Shown: piece after piece, positions 24,607 through 32,000 of the stretch
How the letters are laid out: each line of letters opens with the position of its first letter
How positions within the stretch are numbered: position 1 is the first letter of the stretch
Assembly: GCA_001430755.1 (NCBI GenBank)
Contig: CP013062.1
Location: 1 to 32,000 of the forward strand
Direction of reading: 5' to 3'
DNA length: 32,000 nt
Origin: Candidatus Peribacter riflensis
GTDB taxonomy: Bacteria; Patescibacteriota; Gracilibacteria; Peribacterales; Peribacteraceae
Notes under the pieces: generated by a model
Told to the model about the DNA's origin: nothing
The model's input: only the letters and a program-made list of their open reading frames with translations
The model's database searches: none
Made by a program: the position numbers and the translations under genes

Positions 24607-24963
24607 TCACGCGACTCCCAGCTTCACGTAGTACAGGCTCTTGCCATCCTCCGTATCGAGGATGAAGCGGGCGTCGAGTGTGAGCAGCTGCAGGATCGTC
24701 TGGCACATCTTGAGCAGCATCGCCGGTGGCAGCATCACTCCGGCCTCCAGACACGTCGCACACAGGCCTGCGGCGTCTTTGCAGCGCAGGTAGGGCTCTC
24801 CGCGATCCTGGATGACCTCCCGCAGCGAGTTCTGCACCTCCACGACGTAGCGTTCGATGTAGGGCTCCAGTTCCTCCACGGCCAGCTCCTGCACTTCAGG
24901 GATGGCCGCGATGATATCGAGGTCCGAATGGATTGCATGGGCGATGCAGGCATCGAGGGTCAT
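24607..24963 (-). CDS. hypothetical protein (118 aa, acidic)
   Basis: Complete ORF with a CCC-ATG start context and its own candidate promoter. No family recognised. Confidence 0.5.
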   Translation of the reverse strand: MTLDACIAHAIHSDLDIIAAIPEVQELAVEELEPYIERYVVEVQNSLREVIQDRGEPYLRCKDAAGLCATCLEAGVMLPPAMLLKMCQTILQLLTLDARFILDTEDGKSLYYVKLGVA

Positions 24964-24986
24964 GGGTGTTTGTGTGAAATCTCATC

Positions 24987-25019
24987 AGTATAGCAGAGAA
25001 TGTGTCTTCAGTGAAGACA
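24987..25019 (-). promoter_or_regulatory. candidate promoter (TTCACT-17-TATACT) overlapped by a 17-nt palindrome
   Basis: The minus-strand -10 TATACT is at 24992-24987 and the -35 TTCACT at 25015-25010. The palindrome TGTCTTCA-G-TGAAGACA is at 25003-25019. Confidence 0.4.
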
Positions 25020-25083
25020 GGGATGTGAAGAGTACTAGACATCCTCCATTGGGCTCGTTCCATAGGAAAATGAGCCGTGTCCT

Positions 25084-25111
25084 TTGATTTGCGCGGCCCC
25101 GTTTGTATAGT
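25084..25111 (+). promoter_or_regulatory. candidate promoter of tRNA-Thr
   Basis: TTGATT (25084-25089), a 16-nt spacer, then TATAGT (25106-25111), 9 nt before the mature tRNA 5' end. Confidence 0.45.
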
Positions 25112-25120
25112 ACGTCCACC

Positions 25121-25196
25121 GCCGCTGTAGCTCAGCTGGTAGAGCAACGGTATCGTAAACCGTGGGTCACCGGTTCAAATCCGGTCAGCGGCTCCA
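25121..25196 (+). tRNA. tRNA-Thr (anticodon CGT), CCA encoded
   Basis: Hand-folded cloverleaf. Acceptor GCCGCTG/CAGCGGC, D stem GCTC/GAGC, anticodon stem ACGGT/ACCGT with loop ATCGTAA, T stem ACCGG/CCGGT with loop TTCAAAT. Discriminator T followed by CCA. Confidence 0.93.
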
Positions 25197-25238
25197 CTCT
25201 TCTCCGGCGCAGGGCTTTTGTGTATGCTTGCGTGCCCT

Positions 25239-26318
25239 ATGGATCGCCCTACCGCCCTCATCTGGTCCTGGCTCAATGTACTCAACGCAAAGCGTCTTGC
25301 GGCGCTGCTGCAGGTCTACGGAGACATGACCAAGGCGCTCCAGCACATTGATGAGCCCCTTTTGCAGGAGCTGGGCTGCCGGGGGGACACCGTGTTTGCC
25401 GTTCTCAACCGCCTTGAGGAGTGCGATCCGGCAGTCTATGAGCAGGAGCTCAAGAAGCGCAGGCTCTCGTTCCTCACCATCGATGATTCCGAGTATCCGC
25501 GTCACCTGAAAGAGATCGCCGATCCCCCTGTCTTTCTCTACTGGCGCGGCGACCTCACGATTCTGGATCAGCCCTGCATCGCACTCGTGGGCACGCGCGC
25601 AATGAGCGACTACGGCAGGCGTGTGGCAGAGAGTTTCGTGCCGGAGCTGGTACGGGCAGGCCTCGTGACCGTGAGTGGGCTCGCGCTCGGCATCGATGCG
25701 ACGGTTGCACGCGAAACCATCGCGGCGGGCGGCAGGACGGTGGCCGTCCTCGGGCATGGCCTCGGAAAGATCTACCCCAGAGAGAACGCGCGGCTTGCCG
25801 AAGAGATTGTCGAAGCAGGAGGTCTCTACCTCTCAGAGTTCCCGCTGGATGCAGAGCCCGGCAAGTACACCTTTCCCGCCCGCAATCGCATCATTGCCGG
25901 CCTCTCGCTGGGTACGGTCGTTCTGGAGGCTCCGCACGGGAGCGGGGCGCTCATCACGGCGGATCTGGCGCTGGATTACGGCCGTGAGGTCTTCGTCGTG
26001 CCCGGGCCGATTTTCGATCCCAATTACGCCGGCTGCCACCAGATGCTGGGCAAGGGACACGCCAAACTGGTGAGCTCTGCCGCCGATATTCTCCTGGAGC
26101 TGGGGGTGGTTGCCTCCGAAGCCGCCCAGTCATCCTACGATCCGAAGAGTGCGGCCGAAGCAGCCCTGCTCAACGTGCTCACGACAATGCCGCAGACATC
26201 CGATGATCTCATGGAGCGCTCTGGGCTCCCCGCAGGGCAGATCGCCTCCGCTCTCACGATGATGGAGCTTTCTGGGGCGGCGAAGCAGGTGGGCCACGGG
26301 CAGTGGGTGCGGAGGTAG
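25239..26318 (+). CDS. dprA: DNA processing protein DprA/Smf
   Basis: Rossmann-like DprA core (GLALGIDA...VLGHGL..IYP..N..L...I...GG..SEFP...P....FP.RNRIIAGL). Start is ambiguous: ATG 25239 (preceded by CCCT), ATG 25224 or TTG 25218. The stop TAG begins hairpin copy 3. Confidence 0.88.
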   Translation: MDRPTALIWSWLNVLNAKRLAALLQVYGDMTKALQHIDEPLLQELGCRGDTVFAVLNRLEECDPAVYEQELKKRRLSFLTIDDSEYPRHLKEIADPPVFLYWRGDLTILDQPCIALVGTRAMSDYGRRVAESFVPELVRAGLVTVSGLALGIDATVARETIAAGGRTVAVLGHGLGKIYPRENARLAEEIVEAGGLYLSEFPLDAEPGKYTFPARNRIIAGLSLGTVVLEAPHGSGALITADLALDYGREVFVVPGPIFDPNYAGCHQMLGKGHAKLVSSAADILLELGVVASEAAQSSYDPKSAAEAALLNVLTTMPQTSDDLMERSGLPAGQIASALTMMELSGAAKQVGHGQWVRR

Positions 26319-26411
26319 GGATTGGGGTATGGGAGAGACGGCAGAGGCTGCTATTTTTCAATTGACCGATAGGTAATCCCCATTCCCTCATATTCCAATC
26401 CCACATCCCTC
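26316..26411 (+). repeat. GGGATT/AATCCC stem-loop element, copy 3 (diverged)
   Basis: 26318-26337 pairs with 26383-26402: 15 WC plus 4 GU plus 1 mismatch over 20 positions. The left end is TAGGGATTGGGG. Confidence 0.7.
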
Positions 26412-26444
26412 CGTGTACACTCGCCTACAATTTCCCCCCTTTTC

Positions 26445-27284
26445 ATGACAGCTCCTCTCGGGCAGCTCCTCACCAATTCCTGGGGTTCCTTTCGTCGTGC
26501 GCTGATGCCGATCGTCGTCGGCGCGGTCATCTTCGGTCTCATCCTTGGCATCGGCCAATCCTTCGTCGGGCAGCGCGTTATGCAGAAGACGGGATCGGTG
26601 TTCGAGGGGTTGGGTTTCGATCAGCAACAGATGGAAGATCTCCAGCGGCGCATTCAGGCAGGCGACGAAGCGGCCATGAATGAGTTTGCGGAGAAGATGC
26701 AGCAACTGGGCGGAGAACAGGGTGAGGCGGTTTCCGGTGCCGTACTGTCGATGTACAAAGGACTTCTGCCCGTCATCGGAGCCTCCATGCTCATCATGTG
26801 GGTGATTTCACTCATTGCTTCGGCGTATTTCCTGCTCATTGCCCTGAACGAGAAGCTATCCTTTCAGGTGGCTCTGGCACGCACGCCCGGCCTCATCATC
26901 CCGCTCTTCCTGCTGTCGCTCTGGGTGATGATCCGGTCGTTCATCTGGATTCCGGTTCTCGGCATCATCATTGCCATCGTGCTGGGACCGCGATTTGTGC
27001 TCGCCCCCCTGCTCCTCGTGCGTGATCACAAGGGTGTGCTCGAGAGCGCGAGCATGAGTTACGCAAAGACCGATGGCTACTGGGGCAAGATCTTCGGCAA
27101 CGTGATTGCCGCAGCTCTGTGCGCGGTAGTCGCGGCCATGGTGGTTGGCTTCGTCGTCGGCATCCTCGGCATGCGAGTGGCGGCGATCCTCATGCCGATG
27201 ATCAACATGCTGGTGACAGCATTCCTCACGATCTTCGTCGTCCGGCTCAGCCAGACCATCCTGGAGAATCCTGTCCGGGGCTAG
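26445..27284 (+). CDS. hypothetical polytopic membrane protein
   Basis: 279 aa with about 5-6 hydrophobic spans and a charged loop. No confident family. Confidence 0.6.
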   Translation: MTAPLGQLLTNSWGSFRRALMPIVVGAVIFGLILGIGQSFVGQRVMQKTGSVFEGLGFDQQQMEDLQRRIQAGDEAAMNEFAEKMQQLGGEQGEAVSGAVLSMYKGLLPVIGASMLIMWVISLIASAYFLLIALNEKLSFQVALARTPGLIIPLFLLSLWVMIRSFIWIPVLGIIIAIVLGPRFVLAPLLLVRDHKGVLESASMSYAKTDGYWGKIFGNVIAAALCAVVAAMVVGFVVGILGMRVAAILMPMINMLVTAFLTIFVVRLSQTILENPVRG

Positions 27285-27297
27285 AGACGCCTGCCAC

Positions 27298-28011
27298 TCA
27301 CTTGGTACGCACCGCTGCGAGCAGAATCTCGCGGAACGTCGCTGGTGTGAGCGAAGCTCCGCCGACGAGTCCGCCGTCGATATCCGGCTGCTCAAAGAAC
27401 TCCGGGGCATTCTCTGCGGTGAGGGACCCTCCGTAGAGGATGCGCGTCGATGCGCGCCGCGCCTCGGGGATCAGTGACCGGATGAATGTGTGCATGTCCT
27501 GGGCTTGTTCCGGAGTGGGGGTGACGCCCGTGCCGATGGCCCAGACCGGCTCGTAGGCGATGGTCACCACTTCTCTGAGCGGGAGCACGCGCACCTGCCG
27601 TTCCACGACCTGCTTGTGGCGCTTGGTTTTGCGCTCCGCCTCTGTCTCCCCCACGCAGATGACGGGGTGAAGACCGTTTCTGAGCGCAGATTCTGCCTGG
27701 GCAACCACGTCGGAATCCTCCTCGCCATGATCGCGTCGCCGCTCACTGTGCCCGCAGAGCACGAACTGGCATCCTGTCTTTTTGATCATCGTCATGCTGA
27801 CGTCTCCGGTGTGCGCACCCGTGGAATCCGGATGCCCGTACTGGGCTCCCGTGGGTAACCCTGCCTCGATGCAGGCCTTCAAATCGAGGAACGCAGGAAA
27901 GACGATCGTTTCAATGCCGTTCTGCGGCCGGTAGGGGGAATCGGGCCCCCAGGCCTCAATGGGAGCAGGGTTCATTTTCCAGTTAGCCGCAATCAGTGGG
28001 ATGCGTAGCAT
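27298..28011 (-). CDS. tpiA: triosephosphate isomerase
   Basis: IAANWKMN N-terminus, CGHSERR and AYEPVWAIGTG motifs. Confidence 0.95.
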   Translation of the reverse strand: MLRIPLIAANWKMNPAPIEAWGPDSPYRPQNGIETIVFPAFLDLKACIEAGLPTGAQYGHPDSTGAHTGDVSMTMIKKTGCQFVLCGHSERRRDHGEEDSDVVAQAESALRNGLHPVICVGETEAERKTKRHKQVVERQVRVLPLREVVTIAYEPVWAIGTGVTPTPEQAQDMHTFIRSLIPEARRASTRILYGGSLTAENAPEFFEQPDIDGGLVGGASLTPATFREILLAAVRTK

Positions 28012-28026
28012 AGGGGGAGGATAGCA

Positions 28027-28800
28027 CTACTTCTTTGCCAATCCCTCCAGTGCCTTCAGGGCTTCGACGGGGACCATCCACACCGTTGTGTTGGACTGGT
28101 CAGAGCTTAAGTCATTGATGCTCTGCAGGGTGCGCAGGTGCAATGCCCCGGGAGAAGCAGCGAGCATGGCGGCGGCCTTGGCCATATTGGCGGCGGAGGC
28201 TACTTCGCCTTCCGAACTGATGATCACGGCTTGCTTCTCGCGTTCGGCCTCGGCGACTTTGGCGATGGTGCGCTTGAGCGAATCAGGGAGGATGATGTCC
28301 TTGAGTTCCACGGACTGCACGTCGATGCCCCAGGCATCCGACACGCGATCCACCACTTTCTTGATGTTCTCGCTCACCTGCGCCTTCTCGGCGAGGAGCT
28401 GATTCAGTTGCACCTCACCCACGGCGTTGCGCATGGTGGTTTGGGCCAATTGCGAGACGGCATTGAAGAAATCCTCCACCTCGATGACGGCCTTGGCGGC
28501 GTCGTTGACCTTGAAGTAAATGACGGCGTTGATGCGGATGGGGATGTTATCCTTGGTGATGGCCTCCTGGTCCGGTACGTCCACGGCCTTGATGCGCACG
28601 TCCACTTTCGTGAGGCTCTGGAAGATGGGGATGAGCAGGTGCCAGCCCGGGTTCCACATGTGACTGTACTTGCCCATCGTGAACAGGATGCCACGCTCAT
28701 ACTGATCAATTTGCCTGATGCACAAAATAATCAGGATGATGACAACAGCGGCGGCAATGTAATAGTAGATCGGCAGAGAGATGCGGGAATGCAGAAACAC
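28027..28800 (-). CDS. SPFH/band-7 (stomatin/prohibitin-like) membrane protein
   Basis: N-terminal TM segment plus SPFH core (ERGILFTMGKY...VDVRIKAVDVP...). GTG start at 28800. Confidence 0.88.
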   Translation of the reverse strand: MFLHSRISLPIYYYIAAAVVIILIILCIRQIDQYERGILFTMGKYSHMWNPGWHLLIPIFQSLTKVDVRIKAVDVPDQEAITKDNIPIRINAVIYFKVNDAAKAVIEVEDFFNAVSQLAQTTMRNAVGEVQLNQLLAEKAQVSENIKKVVDRVSDAWGIDVQSVELKDIILPDSLKRTIAKVAEAEREKQAVIISSEGEVASAANMAKAAAMLAASPGALHLRTLQSINDLSSDQSNTTVWMVPVEALKALEGLAKK

Positions 28801-28822
28801 GGTACTCTGCTATCATTTCTCC

Positions 28823-29260
28823 ATGCAACTCCCTCCTCGCATCGTCCTTGCAGCCGATCACGCCGGTTTCCCCCTCAAAGAAGCCGTGAAGAAGCATCTG
28901 ATGCAGCAGGGGGTCGATGTGGTGGACGTCGGAACCTTCTCCGAAGAATCGGTGGATTATCCCGCCATCATCCGCAAGGGGTGTGCGGCGGCGCTGGAGC
29001 AGCAGACGTTCGCCATCATCTTCGGCGGGAGCGGCAATGGTGAGGCCATGGCGGCCAACAAGGTCCGCGGCATCCGGGCGGCGCTCGTCTACAGTGACGA
29101 AACCGCCACGCTTGCACGCTCGCACAACGATGCCAATGTGATGAGCCTGGGCGGGAGGCTGACCACGCCCAAAGATGCCCTGCGCTTCGTCGATCTCTTT
29201 CTCCAAACCGATTTTGAGGGCGGGCGGCACCTCAAGCGCGTGCAGGATCTCGAAGCGTAA
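28823..29260 (+). CDS. rpiB: ribose-5-phosphate isomerase B
   Basis: RpiB/LacAB pattern (LAADHAGF.LK..., FGGSGNGEAMAANKVRGIRAAL, ARSHNDANV). Confidence 0.92.
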   Translation: MQLPPRIVLAADHAGFPLKEAVKKHLMQQGVDVVDVGTFSEESVDYPAIIRKGCAAALEQQTFAIIFGGSGNGEAMAANKVRGIRAALVYSDETATLARSHNDANVMSLGGRLTTPKDALRFVDLFLQTDFEGGRHLKRVQDLEA

Positions 29261-29263
29261 GCA

Positions 29264-30190
29264 ATGACGGTCTTCTTCGCGCTCGTCGGCAAACTCCTGC
29301 CGCTCTACCTCTTCATCGCGGCCGGATACGTCCTCGGCGTTTTTCTGCATCTGAAGCGCCGTCCGGTGGCTTTGCTGCTCCTCTATGTCCTCTCGCCCAT
29401 CGTGGTCTTCGAAGGCGGATGGACCGCGCCTTTGAGCCGCGGCACGCTCGCGCTCCCCCTGATTTTCCTCGTGATCTGCAGTGTCCTCTGCGTCATTTTT
29501 TACCTCGCGAGCGGCCTCGTGTGGAAGCGCGGCGACACCATGCGTAACCTCGCCGCATTCGCCTCGGCCAACGGCAATTCCGGTTACTTCGGGATCCCGG
29601 CAGGGTTGGCGCTCTTCGGCCAGCAATCACTCAGCATCATCGTTCTCTGTTCCCTTGGATTTGTCCTCTACGAGTCTTCCACAGGGTTCTTCACCCTTGC
29701 GCGCGGCAATTTCACAGTGCGTGAGAGCCTGCGCAAGGCTGCGGCGCTCCCCATGCTCTACGCATTCGCGCTCGGTATCATTTTCAACATCTGGCACATG
29801 CCCGAACCTGCGATGGTTTCGGTGTTCCTGGGCGATGTGCGCAGCGCCTTCAGTGTCCTCGGCATGCTGCTCATCGGCGTCAGCCTCGCGGGGGAGAAGT
29901 TCTCTGCCATTGATGGGCGGCTCCTTGCGTTCACCACCGTGGCCAAGACAATCATCTGGCCCGCGCTCATGCTCTGCCTGATTGCGCTCGACCGGCAGGT
30001 ATTCCAGGTTTTTTCCGAAGACGTCCACGGGGTCCTGCTCCTCATGGGGATGATTCCGCTCGCGGTGAACACCGTGGTCTACTCCTCGGTGCTCAAAGTG
30101 CACCCCGAGAAGGCAGCGGTGGCGGTGATGGTGAGCACGGTTCTGGCGCTCTTCTTCATTCCGGCGCTCTCTGCCGTGTTTCTGCAGTGA
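29264..30190 (+). CDS. AEC (auxin efflux carrier) family transporter
   Basis: 308 aa, about 10 TM, with two-lobe Mem_trans-like organisation. Confidence 0.7.
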   Translation: MTVFFALVGKLLPLYLFIAAGYVLGVFLHLKRRPVALLLLYVLSPIVVFEGGWTAPLSRGTLALPLIFLVICSVLCVIFYLASGLVWKRGDTMRNLAAFASANGNSGYFGIPAGLALFGQQSLSIIVLCSLGFVLYESSTGFFTLARGNFTVRESLRKAAALPMLYAFALGIIFNIWHMPEPAMVSVFLGDVRSAFSVLGMLLIGVSLAGEKFSAIDGRLLAFTTVAKTIIWPALMLCLIALDRQVFQVFSEDVHGVLLLMGMIPLAVNTVVYSSVLKVHPEKAAVAVMVSTVLALFFIPALSAVFLQ

Positions 30191-30196
30191 TCCTGC

Positions 30197-30213
30197 GCTC
30201 CCCAAGGGGGAGC
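30197..30213 (+). promoter_or_regulatory. small GC hairpin after the AEC gene
   Basis: GCTCCCC-AAG-GGGGAGC (7-bp stem, 3-nt loop), 7 nt after the stop. There is no U tract, so it is not a classical intrinsic terminator. Confidence 0.35.
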
Positions 30214-30233
30214 CCTGCTGCTACCATGACCGC

Positions 30234-30881
30234 ATGGCTCTGTCCGTGCTCATCGCACCATCGATCCTCTCGGCAGACAGGGAGCGTCTTCAGGAGGAGA
30301 TCAAGAGTATTGAGCCGTACGCCGACTGGCTGCAGATCGATGTGATGGACGGGCACTTCGTCCCGAATGTCACTTTTCCGTTCGAGGTGGTGCAGATGAT
30401 CCGCACCTCGCTCCCGCTCGACATCCATCTCATGGTGGAAGATCCGGCTTCCTACGCGCAAAAGTTTTTGCAGTTGCAACCGAAGAACATCACGTTCCAT
30501 GCCGAGGCAGTGCAGGCGACGGATGACAGGCGAGCCCTGATGCAAGCCATTCGTAAGGGCGGTGCTCTGGCCGGAATCGCGATCAATCCTCCGACATCTC
30601 TGGGTGCCATCGCCGATGTGCTGGGCGAAGTGGATCTGCTACTCGTCATGTCGGTGAACCCGGGCTTCGGCGGACAGGCGTTCATCCCGTCTGTCCTCGA
30701 AAAAGTGGAAGAGGCGCGCCGGCGGTTTCCTCAGCTCATGATCCAGATGGATGGTGGCATCGATGAGCGTACAGCCCCGCAGTGCATCCGTGCCGGCGCC
30801 AACAATCTGGTGGCCGGGAGCTTCATCTTCCGCGCTTCAGACCGCGCAAAAGCTATTACTTCTCTCCGCACCGCACTATGA
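30234..30881 (+). CDS. rpe: ribulose-phosphate 3-epimerase
   Basis: IAPSILSAD...DVMDGHFVPN motifs. Confidence 0.95.
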   Translation: MALSVLIAPSILSADRERLQEEIKSIEPYADWLQIDVMDGHFVPNVTFPFEVVQMIRTSLPLDIHLMVEDPASYAQKFLQLQPKNITFHAEAVQATDDRRALMQAIRKGGALAGIAINPPTSLGAIADVLGEVDLLLVMSVNPGFGGQAFIPSVLEKVEEARRRFPQLMIQMDGGIDERTAPQCIRAGANNLVAGSFIFRASDRAKAITSLRTAL

Positions 30882-31363
30882 GCACACGCTCTGCTTCCCT
30901 CGTATTTTTCTGCCTTTTTGCCCTGGCCGGATGCAGCGCCACGATCACTCCGCCGGAGGAGGGAGCGGGGACTGTTCGCCTTGTCGGTCCGGCCGATGTT
31001 AGCGTGCCGGTGGCCGTTGAATTCGCACGCACGCCTGAGGAACACCAGCGGGGCCTGCAGGGCCGTACGTCGCTCGTCTACGGCAATGGCATGCTCTTCC
31101 TCTTCGAGGATAGCGCCGTGCGTTCGTTCTGGATGAAAGACACGCTGCTTCCCCTGGATATTGCCTTCTTCGATGCAGAGGGGCGGTTCGTTTCGCAGGC
31201 ATCCATGGTCCCGTGTCCTCCGGAAGAGGGGGCGGCCTGCCCGTCGACGCTCTCCACCGGTCCCGCACAGTTCGCTCTCGAGGTGCCTGCAGGCTTTCTG
31301 AAGGCTGCCGGAGTGGAGGAGGGCTGGAACCTGGTGCTCGGGCCGTGGGCCGCATCTGAGTAA
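30878..31363 (+). CDS. DUF192-domain lipoprotein
   Basis: Lipobox LAGC after ATG 30878 (ATGA overlap with rpe). DUF192 pattern (RGLQGR...GMLFLF....FWMKDTLLPLDIAFFD). Confidence 0.85.
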   Translation: MSTRSASLVFFCLFALAGCSATITPPEEGAGTVRLVGPADVSVPVAVEFARTPEEHQRGLQGRTSLVYGNGMLFLFEDSAVRSFWMKDTLLPLDIAFFDAEGRFVSQASMVPCPPEEGAACPSTLSTGPAQFALEVPAGFLKAAGVEEGWNLVLGPWAASE

Positions 31364-31366
31364 CCC

Positions 31367-32000
31367 ATGCATGCTGATGCATCTTCGTCCGCAGGCCTGC
31401 GCAGAGTGATTGAAATCGTGCTGGCCGTGATGACGGCTGCGGCGGCGCTCCAGGTGTTTTTGGCACTCCAGCATGCACCCCTGGTCTTTGACGAGGTCTT
31501 CCACTTTGAGCGCATCGAGGGGCTTCTGCGCGGCACCATGCGGCTTCAGGATTGGGGCGTGATGCTGCCGGGGTACCACCTATTCATTGCAGGAATGCTT
31601 CGCCTGAGCGGGTTTGCGTCCGTTCCCGCGGCACGCTTCGTGACGTTCCTCGTGAGCGTGGCCTGCTGCGCCGCCGCTTTTTCGGTGGCCTTCTCACTCG
31701 ACCGGAAATCCGCCCTCCTGCGCACGCTGCAGGTGGCCACCCTGCCCATTCTGCTGCCGTTCTTCCCACTGCTCTACACCGACACGCTGTCGCTCTGCAT
31801 CCTCCTCTTCGCCACCTTCGCCGCACTCAGGGGATGGGCCCTGCTCTCGGGTGTGCTGCTGCTCGCGGCCGTGGGTGTGCGCCAGAACAACGTGCTCTGG
31901 GTGCCGCTCCTCTTTGCTATTGTGCTCGGACGCGAGACGACATGGCAGATCGTTCCGACGGAACTTTCTGAATGGCTGCACGAGTCGGCAGCACGACTGC
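31367..32000 (+). CDS. polytopic membrane glycosyltransferase, ALG10/DIE2-like (GT-C), 5' partial at window end
   Basis: Not in the ORF track because it runs off the window. Hand translation from ATG 31367 is open to 32000 (211 codons). Motifs are collinear with ALG10: FDEVFHF, W..MLPGYHL, RFVTFLVSV, LLYTD, VRQNNVLW. Confidence 0.7.
   Translation, partial: MHADASSSAGLRRVIEIVLAVMTAAAALQVFLALQHAPLVFDEVFHFERIEGLLRGTMRLQDWGVMLPGYHLFIAGMLRLSGFASVPAARFVTFLVSVACCAAAFSVAFSLDRKSALLRTLQVATLPILLPFFPLLYTDTLSLCILLFATFAALRGWALLSGVLLLAAVGVRQNNVLWVPLLFAIVLGRETTWQIVPTELSEWLHESAARL

Noticed and set aside
14162-26411. CRISPR array formed by the recurring GGGAAT/ATTCCC or GGTAAG repeats.
   Set aside because: The repeats are heptad-scale low-complexity arms occurring as inverted pairs at scattered junctions. 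They are not 25-40 nt direct repeats with regular unique spacers, and no cas genes are present.

Overview
High-GC bacterial window (sampled lines about 65-70% G+C) dominated by a near-complete ribosomal-protein supercluster on the + strand. The order is rplC-rplD-rplW-rplB-rpsS-rplV-rpsC-rplP-rpmC-rpsQ-rplN-rplX-rplE-rpsN-rpsH-rplF-rplR-rpsE, an interruption, then rplO-secY, an insert, then adk-map-infA-rpmJ-rpsM-rpsK-rpsD-rpoA-rplQ-rplM-rpsI. Left flank (- strand): small ORF, HD hydrolase, class I lysyl-tRNA synthetase, a low-GC Cys-rich secreted protein and a ZIP transporter. Right flank: hypothetical gene, tRNA-Thr(CGU), dprA, membrane protein, tpiA, SPFH, rpiB, AEC transporter, rpe, DUF192 and a partial ALG10/DIE2-like membrane glycosyltransferase. 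No rpsJ precedes rplC and no rpmD (L30) is present. Together with class I LysRS and a four-helix-bundle gene this fits, but does not prove, a CPR/Patescibacteria-like genome using the standard code (TGA is a stop). The unusual content is non-coding. (1) At least seven long (13-23 bp) intercistronic helices are built from short-period G-rich and C-rich repeat arms. Three are homologous copies that begin on the stop codon TAG, and one encloses an antisense 23S-IVS-type four-helix-bundle gene between secY and adk. (2) Shine-Dalgarno motifs are nearly absent and replaced by G-depleted, C-rich leaders: CCC abuts the start codon in 12 of 49 genes, and CCUCC-like motifs identical to the canonical anti-SD core are common. 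(3) A (TAACCC)6 telomere-type hexamer array sits between rplB and rpsS. (4) Pyrimidine leader modules are dispersed. (5) Many ribosomal proteins carry low-complexity tails. No CRISPR array, rRNA gene, transposase or recognisable defence system was seen.
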